Shown piece by piece: positions 1 to 7,528 of a stretch of 16,157 nt of DNA. The position numbers and the translations under genes were made by a program. The stretch comes from Octopus sinensis (taxonomy: Eukaryota). Each line of letters begins with the position of its first letter. Positions within the stretch are counted from its first letter, which is position 1. The DNA lies in the NCBI RefSeq assembly GCF_006345805.1, contig NW_021825215.1:1-16157 (forward strand), read 5' to 3'. The notes under the pieces are model-generated. The model was not told the origin of the DNA, ran no database searches, and saw only the letters and a list, made by a program, of their open reading frames with translations.

Positions 1-150
1 GAGCGAAGAGAATGGACGGAAGATAGACGGAAGATAGAAGAGTAGAGAAGGACGAATAGAGTGACGGGAGGGAAGGAAGACACAGACAGAAAGAAAGAGG
101 GAAGACAGAGACAAGGAGAGGGAGAGAGAGAGAGAGAGAGAATAAAACAA

Positions 151-182
<32 letters not shown>

Positions 183-186
183 AAAA
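1..186 (+). repeat. Polypurine 5' flank/5' UTR with (GA)n at ~121-141 and (AAAG)n at ~151-184
   Basis: Directly visible, almost pyrimidine-free strand immediately upstream of the ATG. Confidence 0.85.
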
Positions 187-188
187 TT

Positions 189-1316
189 ATGGGTTTCGAA
201 TTAGAGAAATTCGTGTCTACGGTGGAAGACGAAAAAAAATGTAAACTCTGCTCGGGTGTTTTGGAAAATCCTCTTCGTACCCCGTGTGGGCATGTGTTCT
301 GCTCTGGGTGTATTGTACCGTGGATCATTAGGAACGGTTCATGTCCGGAAAACTGTACTCCGGGTGTTTTTTTACGTCCGGAAAATCTCGAAGCGGTTGT
401 TCCGTTACAACAATTGATATCCGATATGCAGGTAAAGTGTGAGTTTGCTGATCGCGGTTGTCCTTTGATAGTACCGCTAACCATGATGGTAAACCATTCC
501 CAAAGTTGCGGTTACCGCCCGCTCTGCTGCCGTAATCCAGGTTGTTCGACCGTGGTTAACGCCCGCCATTTAACCACACACGAATTACACGAATGCGGGA
601 GCCGCACCGTGGGCATATGCGACAAAGGGTGCGATCTTGTGCTGCAACAGAGATCGGTCGACTGTCACGAATGTGTGCAAGCCCTGAAGAGTCATATTGC
701 CGAGAAGGAAGTGAGAAGTGGCGCTCTGGAGGCGGAGATGCGCCGCCTTCAGGCCAAGTTTACCAAGCGAGAGAAAACACTGCTTGAAGAGATTGCCCTG
801 TTACACAGCGACGTGCAAATACAGGCTTTGAAATTCCAGCAGAAATTGAACCTCTATCGTCTCCAGTTGAATAACATCTCGCTATTGAATAACAACAACA
901 ATAACAACAACAACAACAATAACAACAATAACAACAACAACAACAACAGTAGTGATATTAACGGCTATAACAACTACAAAGACAATAATAACTGCAAGCG
1001 TAATAACAACAACATCAACTTTAGTAACAAATGTATTGGAACTAAAGACTACGACGTCATCATCACCAGCAACACCGGCGGCTGCTGTAGTAGCGGTAAC
1101 AGTAGCAGCAACCACAACGGCGGCGGTGACAATAGTATCAAGGAAGCTAGCAGTGGAATCAGTAGTATTAGTAGTAGTAGTAGTAGTAGCAGCAGCAGTA
1201 GTAGTAGTGGTAGTAGCGGCAGTAGTAGTGGTGGTTGTGATACTATCAGCAGTAATTGTAGTAGTGGTAGTAGTGGTTGTCAATCTAACTACAACAGTGA
1301 CGAACAACAACAAAAG
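189..1316 (+). CDS. PDZRN3: First coding exon (376 codons, phase-0 donor) of a PDZ-domain RING-finger E3 ubiquitin ligase, PDZRN3/PDZRN4 (LNX3/LNX4) family; partial CDS
   Basis: The N-terminus [56 protein letters not shown] closely parallels vertebrate PDZRN3 as I recall it ([51 protein letters not shown]..C). C3HC4 RING at aa 18-56 (nt 240-356). TRAF-type zinc fingers C84/C91/H103/C107, C114/C119/H131/C136 and C144/C148/H160/C162. Coiled coil with KREKTLL..IALLHSDVQIQALKFQQKL. The ORF reads through a canonical AAG|GTAAGT donor at 1316/1317; the last 5 aa of the ORF track (VSLYK) are intronic. PDZRN3 versus PDZRN4 cannot be resolved, and an invertebrate probably has a single co-orthologue. 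Confidence 0.93.
888..1300 (+). repeat. Coding trinucleotide repeats: (AAC/AAT)20 poly-Asn at 888-947 followed by AGY-rich Ser/Gly tracts
   Basis: 20 consecutive Asn codons at 888-947; AGT/AGC runs at ~1149-1275; all in frame with the RING ORF. Confidence 0.95.
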
Positions 1317-1334
1317 GTAAGTTTATACAAATAA

Positions 1335-1392
1335 TATATATGTATGTGTGTATATATGTATGTATATATGTATGTATATATGTGTGTAATAT

Positions 1393-1423
<31 letters not shown>

Positions 1424-1609
1424 TATGTATATATATATATATATGTATATCTATATATATTATAGAGTATGTATTATATATATTATATCTATATAGATTA
1501 TATATTATATATATATATATATTATATATAATATATATTCTGTACTTATGTATATATATATATGATGTATATATATATATACTATATATATATATATATA
1601 TATAATATA

Positions 1610-1643
<34 letters not shown>

Positions 1644-1662
1644 TGTATGTATATATATATAT
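1335..1662. repeat. (TA)n/(TATG)n compound microsatellite
   Basis: Directly visible. Confidence 0.95.
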
Positions 1663-1745
1663 ATTATATAGCTTTGTTATTGTTATTGTTCGTGTTGTCA
1701 TCTTTATTTAAACTTATTTTGCCGCTGGCAATTTTATTTACTGTT

Positions 1746-1778
1746 TGTGCGTGTGCGTGTGTGTGGTGTGTGTGTGTG

Positions 1779-1817
<39 letters not shown>

Positions 1818-1830
1818 GTTGTTGTTTTTG
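1746..1830. repeat. (TG)n followed by (TTG)n microsatellite
   Basis: Directly visible. Confidence 0.9.
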
Positions 1831-1926
1831 TTGTGTTGTTGTTTCTATGTCAAGTTATTTATAGAAAAAAAACAATTTAACGCATTAAACTGAAGAATTA
1901 CGCAATACGTTTTAGTAGAATACACG

Positions 1927-2064
1927 TTTATTTACAGTGTTAGAAGACAGTTGACAGTGACTTCGAAACTTCGACTCGCTTGTTTTCATCGGACAGTCCG
2001 ATAGAAGCAAGTCTACGAACACTTCGAAGTCACTGTCGCTCTCTTCTTGTAGAAGTTTAATAAA
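1927..2064. mobile_element. Fold-back element 1: inverted pair of degenerate hammerhead motifs with AATAAA on each arm; probable Penelope-like pseudo-LTR remnant
   Basis: Perfect 15-bp inverted repeat GACAGTGACTTCGAA (1953-1967) / TTCGAAGTCACTGTC (2023-2037). Inner stem ATCGGA/TCCGAT around CAG (1994-1996). Outer AGAAGA/TCTTCT. TTTATT (1927-1932) / AATAAA (2059-2064). Confidence 0.6.
1992..2037 (+). ncRNA. Degenerate type I hammerhead ribozyme motif (probably inactive)
   Basis: Stem I GACAGT (1992-1997) pairs perfectly with ACTGTC (2032-2037). Core CCGATAG (the opposite arm reads CCGATGA). GAA at 2017-2019 with an extra C. Palindromic stem III ACTTCGAAGT (2021-2030). GUC cleavage triplet at 2029-2031. 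Stem II is not recoverable. Confidence 0.55.
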
Positions 2065-2179
2065 TAGATATTGTTGTTGTTGTTGTTGTCGTTGTTGTTA
2101 TTGTTGGTGTTGCTGTTGTTGTTCGTCTGAAGTGCTGTCCAGTACATTAATGTCCGGTGCACTGCGGCACCGTTAAACC

Positions 2180-2312
2180 TCGTCCTAAGTTCCTGGTTTC
2201 AAATCCCATGCGAGGGTCTCCGATTTACTTTTCGACCTTCCGAACGTCATTAAAAATAAGTACCTGTCATATGCTGGGCTCAATTTAACCAATCATACTC
2301 CACCCTAAAATA
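2180..2312 (+). mobile_element. Highly decayed copy of SINE family A (B-box to 3' part)
   Basis: GGTTTCAAATCCC B-box-like motif followed by sequence colinear with 3510-3620 (gactttgcctt/gatttactttt, aaataagtacc, ctgggctcaattta). Confidence 0.45.
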
Positions 2313-2827
2313 GAGTGTGACCTCCTACCTATGTCAGACTTCATTCGAAGTGGGCCCTAAATCTTCATGGCAACCCCTATGGTTGACTCTTATAAGAGTG
2401 GATTTTTTTCTTGTTTTGTTCTTTATTATTATTTGAAAGGTGGGTGGATGTGGCGAGGATGACCCGAGTGTCGTTCCCCCACACCTCAATTGAGTATTTT
2501 GTTTGTTAATTTTTTTGTTTCTCTTTCCAAATTGTTACTCTTTCTTTGTTTACACGTTTTTATGTAAAACCCACTCTTTTGCTGTTTTCGTATTATTCTG
2601 AATATTTTTTGGCCCTTGCGGCCAATAAAGAAAGAATTGTTATTATTTATTGTTATACTTGTTATTATTTTGTTGTTGTTATTAATATCACTATGGCACT
2701 TGATATAAAGTGCCACACACGTGCACACGCACACACACACATTGTATGCCCTTCTTGAAATGTAACCAGCATTTCGGCCCTTGTGGCAAATCCCAGATAG
2801 TATTATTGTTGCTGTAAAGTCAAAGTC

Positions 2828-3088
2828 GTGGAGGCGCGTGGCTTAGTGGTTAGGGTGTCAGCATCATGATCTTAAGATTGTGGTTTCGATTCCTGGACCG
2901 GGTGATGCGTTGTGTTCTTGAGCAAAACACTTCATTTCACGTTACTCCAGTCCACTCTGCTGGCAAAAATTAGTAACGCTGCGATGGGCTGGCGTCCCTT
3001 CAAGCTGGGGGGAACACATACGCCATAGAAACCGGGAAACCGGACCCACGAGCCTGGCTAGGCTTTAAAAGGGCGCATTTATTTATTT
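2828..3088 (+). mobile_element. Full-length tRNA-derived SINE (family C) with (ATTT)n tail and 13-bp target-site duplication
   Basis: A box TGGCTTAGTGG (2839-2849). B box GGTTTCGATTCC (2882-2893). CORE-like GTTGTGTTCTTGAGCAAAACACTT. Tail CATTTATTTATTT. TSD TAAAGTCAAAGTC (2815-2827) / TAAAATCAAAGTC (3089-3101), one mismatch. Confidence 0.85.
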
Positions 3089-3358
3089 TAAAATCAAAGT
3101 CAGAGGTATGACAGTGCATAATAATAACTATTCAGTCTCGTCGCCTTTGCATTCGGGGTTCAAATCTGACCGACACCAAAATTGTCACTCATCCGACCGC
3201 GGGTGAGAGAGTTGTGTTGTGTTTACTCTAGCAGGTACCAGTCATATATTAAAGAAGGGCCATTATTTTCATATTGTAAACCCCTCCAACAACAAACCTG
3301 TGACCCCATGTTATTATACCAACCTGTTATTGTTGTCGATATTCTTGGGGGGGGGGTA

Positions 3359-3410
3359 TTGTTTAGCCCCTGGTTGGCCTTGATCAAGTAGACTTATAAT
3401 CACAGGTATA
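3359..3410 (-). mobile_element. 3'-end fragment of a (CAA)n-tailed non-LTR retroelement/SINE (family D)
   Basis: GTTTAGCCCC..GGCC.TGATCAAG..GAC.TAT.ATCACAGG, repeated at 3671, 4396 and 9921; preceded on the + strand by TTG/GTT repeats. Confidence 0.45.
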
Positions 3411-3438
3411 CCTGTAGTTATTGTTAACTTTTATTCAT

Positions 3439-3644
3439 GCAGTGAGTTGGCAGAATCGATAGCACGCCGGGCGAATTGCATAGTGGCATTGCGTCCGTCT
3501 TTAGGTTCTGAGATCAAATTCCATTGAGATCGACTTTGCCTTTAATTTTTTCGGGGTCGATAAATTACGTACAAGTGGAATAGTGGGTTCGATGAAATCG
3601 ACTAGTCCCCTTCAAATCTAGTGTCTATAGTAGAAAGGATTATT
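3439..3644 (+). mobile_element. Near full-length tRNA-derived SINE (family A)
   Basis: A-box-like TGGCAGAATCG (3448-3458). B-box-like GAGATCAAATTCC (3510-3522). Body GATCGACTTTGCCTTT..TCGGGGTCGATAAATT..GGTTCGATGAAATCGACT is matched in reverse orientation at 5999-6076 and 10551-10697. Confidence 0.8.
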
Positions 3645-3670
3645 CTTGTCGTTTTCGTTGTTATTGATTT

Positions 3671-3725
3671 TGTTTAGCCCCACTTCGGCCCTGATCAAGT
3701 CAAGCCGACCTATGATCACAGGTGT
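3671..3725 (-). mobile_element. Family D 3'-end fragment
   Basis: TGTTTAGCCCCACTTCGGCCCTGATCAAGTCAAGCCGACCTATGATCACAGG, homologous to 3359 and 9921. Confidence 0.45.
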
Positions 3726-4395
3726 TTCTGTTAGGATCATCAACCCATCATTCAACACCTCTACTCCATACACTACACACTCACAGGTCCCAGGACCACA
3801 ATATCCAAAACTGTATGGTATGTGATTTAAGGTTTGTTTTGACTGCTATTTCTAGCTGGTCATCGACTTCATGCCTTCGAGGTTACAGCAGTAATGACTG
3901 GAACTGCAGAACGCTGAACTACTCAACATTATACAGTTCCGTCTCACTAAGTTCAGGGTTCGAATCCTTTTGAGTTTCACAGTAACACCCAAGGCCCGGG
4001 TAGAGGAAATAACTTTCAGTATGGTAACCTTCTAAAAAGTCGTCAGTGTTATTTTTTAACCCTAGGTCATCTCTCACCCGAGAAGATTTAAGATTTAAGA
4101 TTTATGATCAAAGAAGTTCCGGCAAAGACCATCCCTTTTTTTTTTTGTACAAACATGTGTCCGCAACATTACCTGATCCATGCTCTTCTTTCATATCAGG
4201 CAGTGTTGAGCAATTTTGAGGGTGATTTGGCTGCTACTTCTAGCTGGATGAACGACCACATAGAGGCTCTCTTGTTGATTCACTGTTGTTGTTGTTGTCG
4301 TCGTCATCATCGTCGTCGTTGTTGATGCTGCTGCTGTTGTTGTTTAACCCCAAATCACGACACGTCTTTGTAGAGTCCCCACAAAAACAGAAAGG

Positions 4396-4455
4396 CTGTT
4401 GTTTGGTCCCAGGTCTATGATCAAACGCATTCCAGCCATGACAGTCTCGTCTTTT
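4396..4455 (-). mobile_element. Family D fragment with internal deletion
   Basis: TGTTTGGTCCCAGGTCTATGATCAAACGCATTCCAGCCATGAC shares CCCAGGTC and CTATGATCAAA with the 9921 copy; a (TTG/TCG)n run lies at 4284-4345. Confidence 0.4.
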
Positions 4456-4702
4456 CAAGAGTACATTATACAATGTACTCTCGCGATAATTAAGACAGTA
4501 AAGTGTGATCTGAGAGACATTCATTTGGTTGATACTTTTAGCAGGTCGACTGTTCACAAAGTGGTTTTCTCAATGTTGTTGTTCTATGTATGTATATATG
4601 TATGCATGCATGTATGTGTGTACGCATGTATGTACGCATTTAGTATGCATGTCTGTATAACATGTATGCATATATACATGTGTGTGTGTGTACGTATGCA
4701 CA

Positions 4703-5103
4703 TGGCTGTGTGGTAAGAAGCTTGCTTCTAAGCCACATGCTTTTGGGTTCAGTCCCGCTGCGTAGCACTTTGGGCAAGTGTCTTCTACCATTGCCTCGGC
4801 CCGACCGAAACCTTGAGAGAGGATTTGGTTGACAGAAACTGGAAGAAGCCCATCGTGTGTGTATATATATATATATGTGGGGGGGGGGTTGATACCCCAC
4901 CACCACTTGACAACCGGTGTTGGTATGTTTACGTCTCCGTAACTTAGCTGGTCGGCAAAAGAGGACCGATAGAATAAGTACTAAGCTTTAAAAAAAATAG
5001 GACCTGGGGTCGAATTCCTCGACTAAAAAAAAAAAACAACGCTTGATGACATTGTCCTAGCAGGGCCGCAGTAAAATGCCTGAAACAAGTAAAAGATAAA
5101 AGA
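4703..5103 (+). mobile_element. tRNA-derived CORE-like SINE (family B) with internal microsatellite, missing ~10 nt of the 5' end
   Basis: A box TGGCTGTGTGG (4703-4713). B box GGTTCAGTCCC. CORE-like TTGGGCAAGTGTCTTCT. Internal (TG/TA)n plus G-run at ~4856-4889. 3' part ending GAAACAAGTAAAAGATAAAAGA. Colinear with the reverse complement of 7529-7925. Confidence 0.85.
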
Positions 5104-5113
5104 TGTGTGTGCA

Positions 5114-5144
<31 letters not shown>

Positions 5145-5473
5145 CTGTGTGTGTACAATCTCGCCCGCTGTGCATGGACTTTGTATAAGCATAGCCTGAA
5201 CACTCACACACGTACACGTACACACAAGCACACGTGCGCCTCGTAAACAAGTGTTTTGCTGTCACCGTCTAACGCTGATAGAATATCGAACGAGCCACTG
5301 CTAGACATAGCGCTCAATCCATCTCCTGCCTACTGTTTCATAAGAAAAAAAAAGGGAAGGACACATTAGATAATATACTTCTGTATGCTCTGAAGTGGAC
5401 AGCATGGTCACAGCTGTCAAGCTACATCTGTCGGATTATAATTAACATAGAACTCATTAAAAACATTAGAAGC

Positions 5474-5605
5474 ACACACACACACGCACACCTTGACCAC
5501 ACACTCACAAAGACGTACATATATACATACACACACATTCATGCATACATACATACATACACACACGCACACACATTCATTCATGCATACATACATACAT
5601 ACATA
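5474..5605. repeat. (CA)n/(CATA)n microsatellite
   Basis: Directly visible. Confidence 0.9.
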
Positions 5606-5929
5606 ACGCGCGAATATTATCAGCTCTCTGGTTTCTACACACTCACAGACTTACACACATACACAAATCCGTGTGTTTCAATTCATTGCGGGTACATATA
5701 CTACTGTACACCTACTCCACACATACAATACATATAATAAAGCACAAATACATGGTTTTACACACACACACAACTGCCTAAATTGTTGTCGAACACACAG
5801 ATACAGGAAGGAGTAAACCACTTCAGTGAATGAAAACAACGTGCTCTTTTGCGCGCGTCTTGGGTTTGTATGAGCCTATAAAATGTTCCCTACCTATCGC
5901 GGCTCTGCGTACGCTGTTCTATATATGTA

Positions 5930-6076
5930 TTTCTTTACTATCCTATCCACGAGGGGCTAAACATAGAGGAGACAAACAAGGACAGACAAAGGGATTAAGT
6001 CGATTACATCGACCCAGTGCGAAACTGGTACTTTATTTATCGACCCCGAGAAGATGAAAGGCAAAGTCGACCTCGG
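5930..6076 (-). mobile_element. 5'-truncated SINE family A copy with a different 3' tail
   Basis: GTCGATTACATCGACCCAGT..TTATCGACCCCGAGAAGATGAAAGGCAAAGTCGACCTCGG (5999-6076) is the reverse complement of the body at ~3525-3602. Confidence 0.75.
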
Positions 6077-6242
6077 TGCCTGTCTGTGTTTTAGCTCTAT
6101 GACACGACTGTGCGCATGCGTGTGTGTGAGTGTGTGTGTGTGTGTGTGTATAACATCGACACAAAGGTCTAATTCGTGTCTATGTAGACATACACACGCG
6201 CGCGCACGCACACACACATACACACACACATATATATATATA

Positions 6243-6294
6243 ACAAAAGCTGTTACTTAAGAGTTTCACGTTCCCGTTCGTCGAACAGTTTTGT
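6243..6294 (-). ncRNA. Type I hammerhead ribozyme motif on the minus strand with C3->U lesion
   Basis: Minus strand reads ACAAAACTGT UCGACGA ACG-GGAA-CGU GAA ACU-CUUA-AGU A / ACAG-C-UUUUGU: 10-bp stem I with one bulge, intact GAAA, GUA cleavage site between 6254 and 6253. Confidence 0.75.
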
Positions 6295-6303
6295 TCTATA
6301 TTG

Positions 6304-6354
6304 ACAAAACTGTCCGACGAACGGGAACGTAAAACTCTGAGTAACAGCTTGTGT
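6304..6354 (+). ncRNA. Type I hammerhead ribozyme motif, CCGACGA core variant, with G12->A lesion
   Basis: Stem I ACAAAACTGT (6304-6313) / ACAG-C-TTGTGT (6344-6354). Core CCGACGA (6314-6320). Stem II ACG-GGAA-CGT (GNRA loop). AAA at 6331-6333 in place of GAA. Stem III ACTC-T-GAGT. GUA cleavage triplet at 6341-6343. Confidence 0.75.
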
Positions 6355-6456
6355 TATATTTTCTGCTGCTTTTAAATAAAGCATATTACTTACTCTACCT
6401 CTGGTATTTGAGTACTCTTTTTTCCCCCTTGTTTCACATTTATATGCTTACTCCAG

Positions 6457-6457
<1 letters not shown>

Positions 6458-6528
<71 letters not shown>

Positions 6529-6770
6529 GCAATTTTACTTGGTCCACTCTGCTTGTTAATAATAAAGGGAGTGTATGAGAGCGAGAGCGTGTGTATGTGT
6601 ACACACACACACACATTCTTTCTCTCTTATACACACACACACTCTTCTCTCTCTCTATCTCATACACACACACTCTCTCTTTCTCGCTCTCTCTCTTTCC
6701 TCTCTCTATCTCTCTTTTTCTTTCTTTCTCTTTCTCTCTATCTTTCTTTCTCTCTCTCTCTCACACACAC
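6458..6770. repeat. (CA)n, (TA)n and (CT)n compound microsatellites
   Basis: Directly visible. Confidence 0.9.
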
Positions 6771-6772
6771 AT

Positions 6773-7010
6773 AAACGCGCGCTCATACACACACATGTTC
6801 ACTTATACACACACACATATAAACGCGCGCTCATACACACACATGTTCACTTATACACACACACATATAAACGCGCGCTCATACACACACATGTTCACTT
6901 ATACACACACACATATAAACGCGCGCTCATACACACACATGTTCACTTATACACACACACATATAAACGCGCGCTCATACACACACATGTTCACTTATAT
7001 ACACATACAC
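6773..7010. repeat. 48-bp minisatellite, 4 identical units plus a partial fifth
   Basis: Unit AAACGCGCGCTCATACACACACATGTTCACTTATACACACACACATAT starts at 6773, 6821, 6869, 6917 and 6965. Confidence 0.95.
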
Positions 7011-7528
7011 ACACGCACCCGTGCCTATGTGTTTCTCTATTGCAAGTCTATATACGCATATGCGTGCGCGGGATATACGTCTTTAAGTTTGTCAGTCGGC
7101 AGATATGCTACGGCGTTGGACAGAATGCTCCGCAATATTTATTTATTCCGGCTGCCTGCGCACAGAGCCCAAATTCTGCAGAGACCAGCTTTTGCATTCC
7201 GTCTTTTCACGCTCCATAAATGATATATCAACACCATTGGTGGTGCAGTGCTCTCACCCTCCAGCTGGTATATTTTCAACATTCCGGTGGATCAACGTTG
7301 GGATGTCTATGCCTGCTCGCGATTGCACCGGCGCCTAAAAAAAATTGCTGAAAACTCCTTGCTTGGGAGTGACGGCTATGATATCTTTTGGTTTACTTTA
7401 AGGCGAGGTCGTGCAGCTGATGGAGTCTGTATGAACATTCATGTTTATAACCATGTGGTTTCGGGTTCAGTGCCAGGATACCTTTTGAGTGAATTTCATA
7501 GACGAAAATTGTGTGAAACTCTGTGATA

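Larger units (their letters stand above)
6238..6440. mobile_element. Fold-back element 2: 57/56-bp inverted arms, each a hammerhead motif, plus a downstream AATAAA-containing tail; probable Penelope-like inverted pseudo-LTR
   Basis: Arms 6238-6294 and 6304-6359 pair with 3 mismatches, 1 G-T and 1 bulge around a 9-nt loop. AATAAA at 6375-6380. The tail segment CTCTAC..TGGTATTTGAGTACTCTTT recurs in degraded form at ~15500-15527. The right boundary is approximate. Confidence 0.7.

Noticed and set aside
882-1320. Overlapping V/T-rich ORFs (882-1313 minus, 952-1320 plus)
   Set aside because: Alternative-frame readings of the AAC/AGT coding repeats.
1317-1334. ORF extension VSLYK* giving a complete 381-aa single-exon protein
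   Set aside because: It begins exactly at a consensus GTAAGT donor, and the family requires downstream PDZ domains.
2830-2910. tRNA gene
   Set aside because: A and B boxes are present, but there is no paired acceptor stem; it continues into a SINE body with tail and TSD.
3957-3967. Perfect B box GGTTCGAATCC
   Set aside because: No A box or cloverleaf upstream; at most a SINE-head remnant.
6238-6359. Pre-miRNA interpretation of the hairpin
   Set aside because: Not excluded, but each arm independently satisfies hammerhead topology and the stem is longer and more perfect than typical pre-miRNAs; small-RNA data would decide.
6773-7010. CRISPR-like array
   Set aside because: Units are directly adjacent and identical with no unique spacers; eukaryotic context.
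6575-7223. 210-214 aa ORFs with 16-aa repeats
   Set aside because: Translations of CT/CA microsatellite and the 48-bp minisatellite; no domain signal.
7270-7292. Possible PDZ exon (FNI.. resembling GFNIIGG)
   Set aside because: The frame reads WYIFNIPVDQ with no other PDZ residues and no acceptor site; coincidental.
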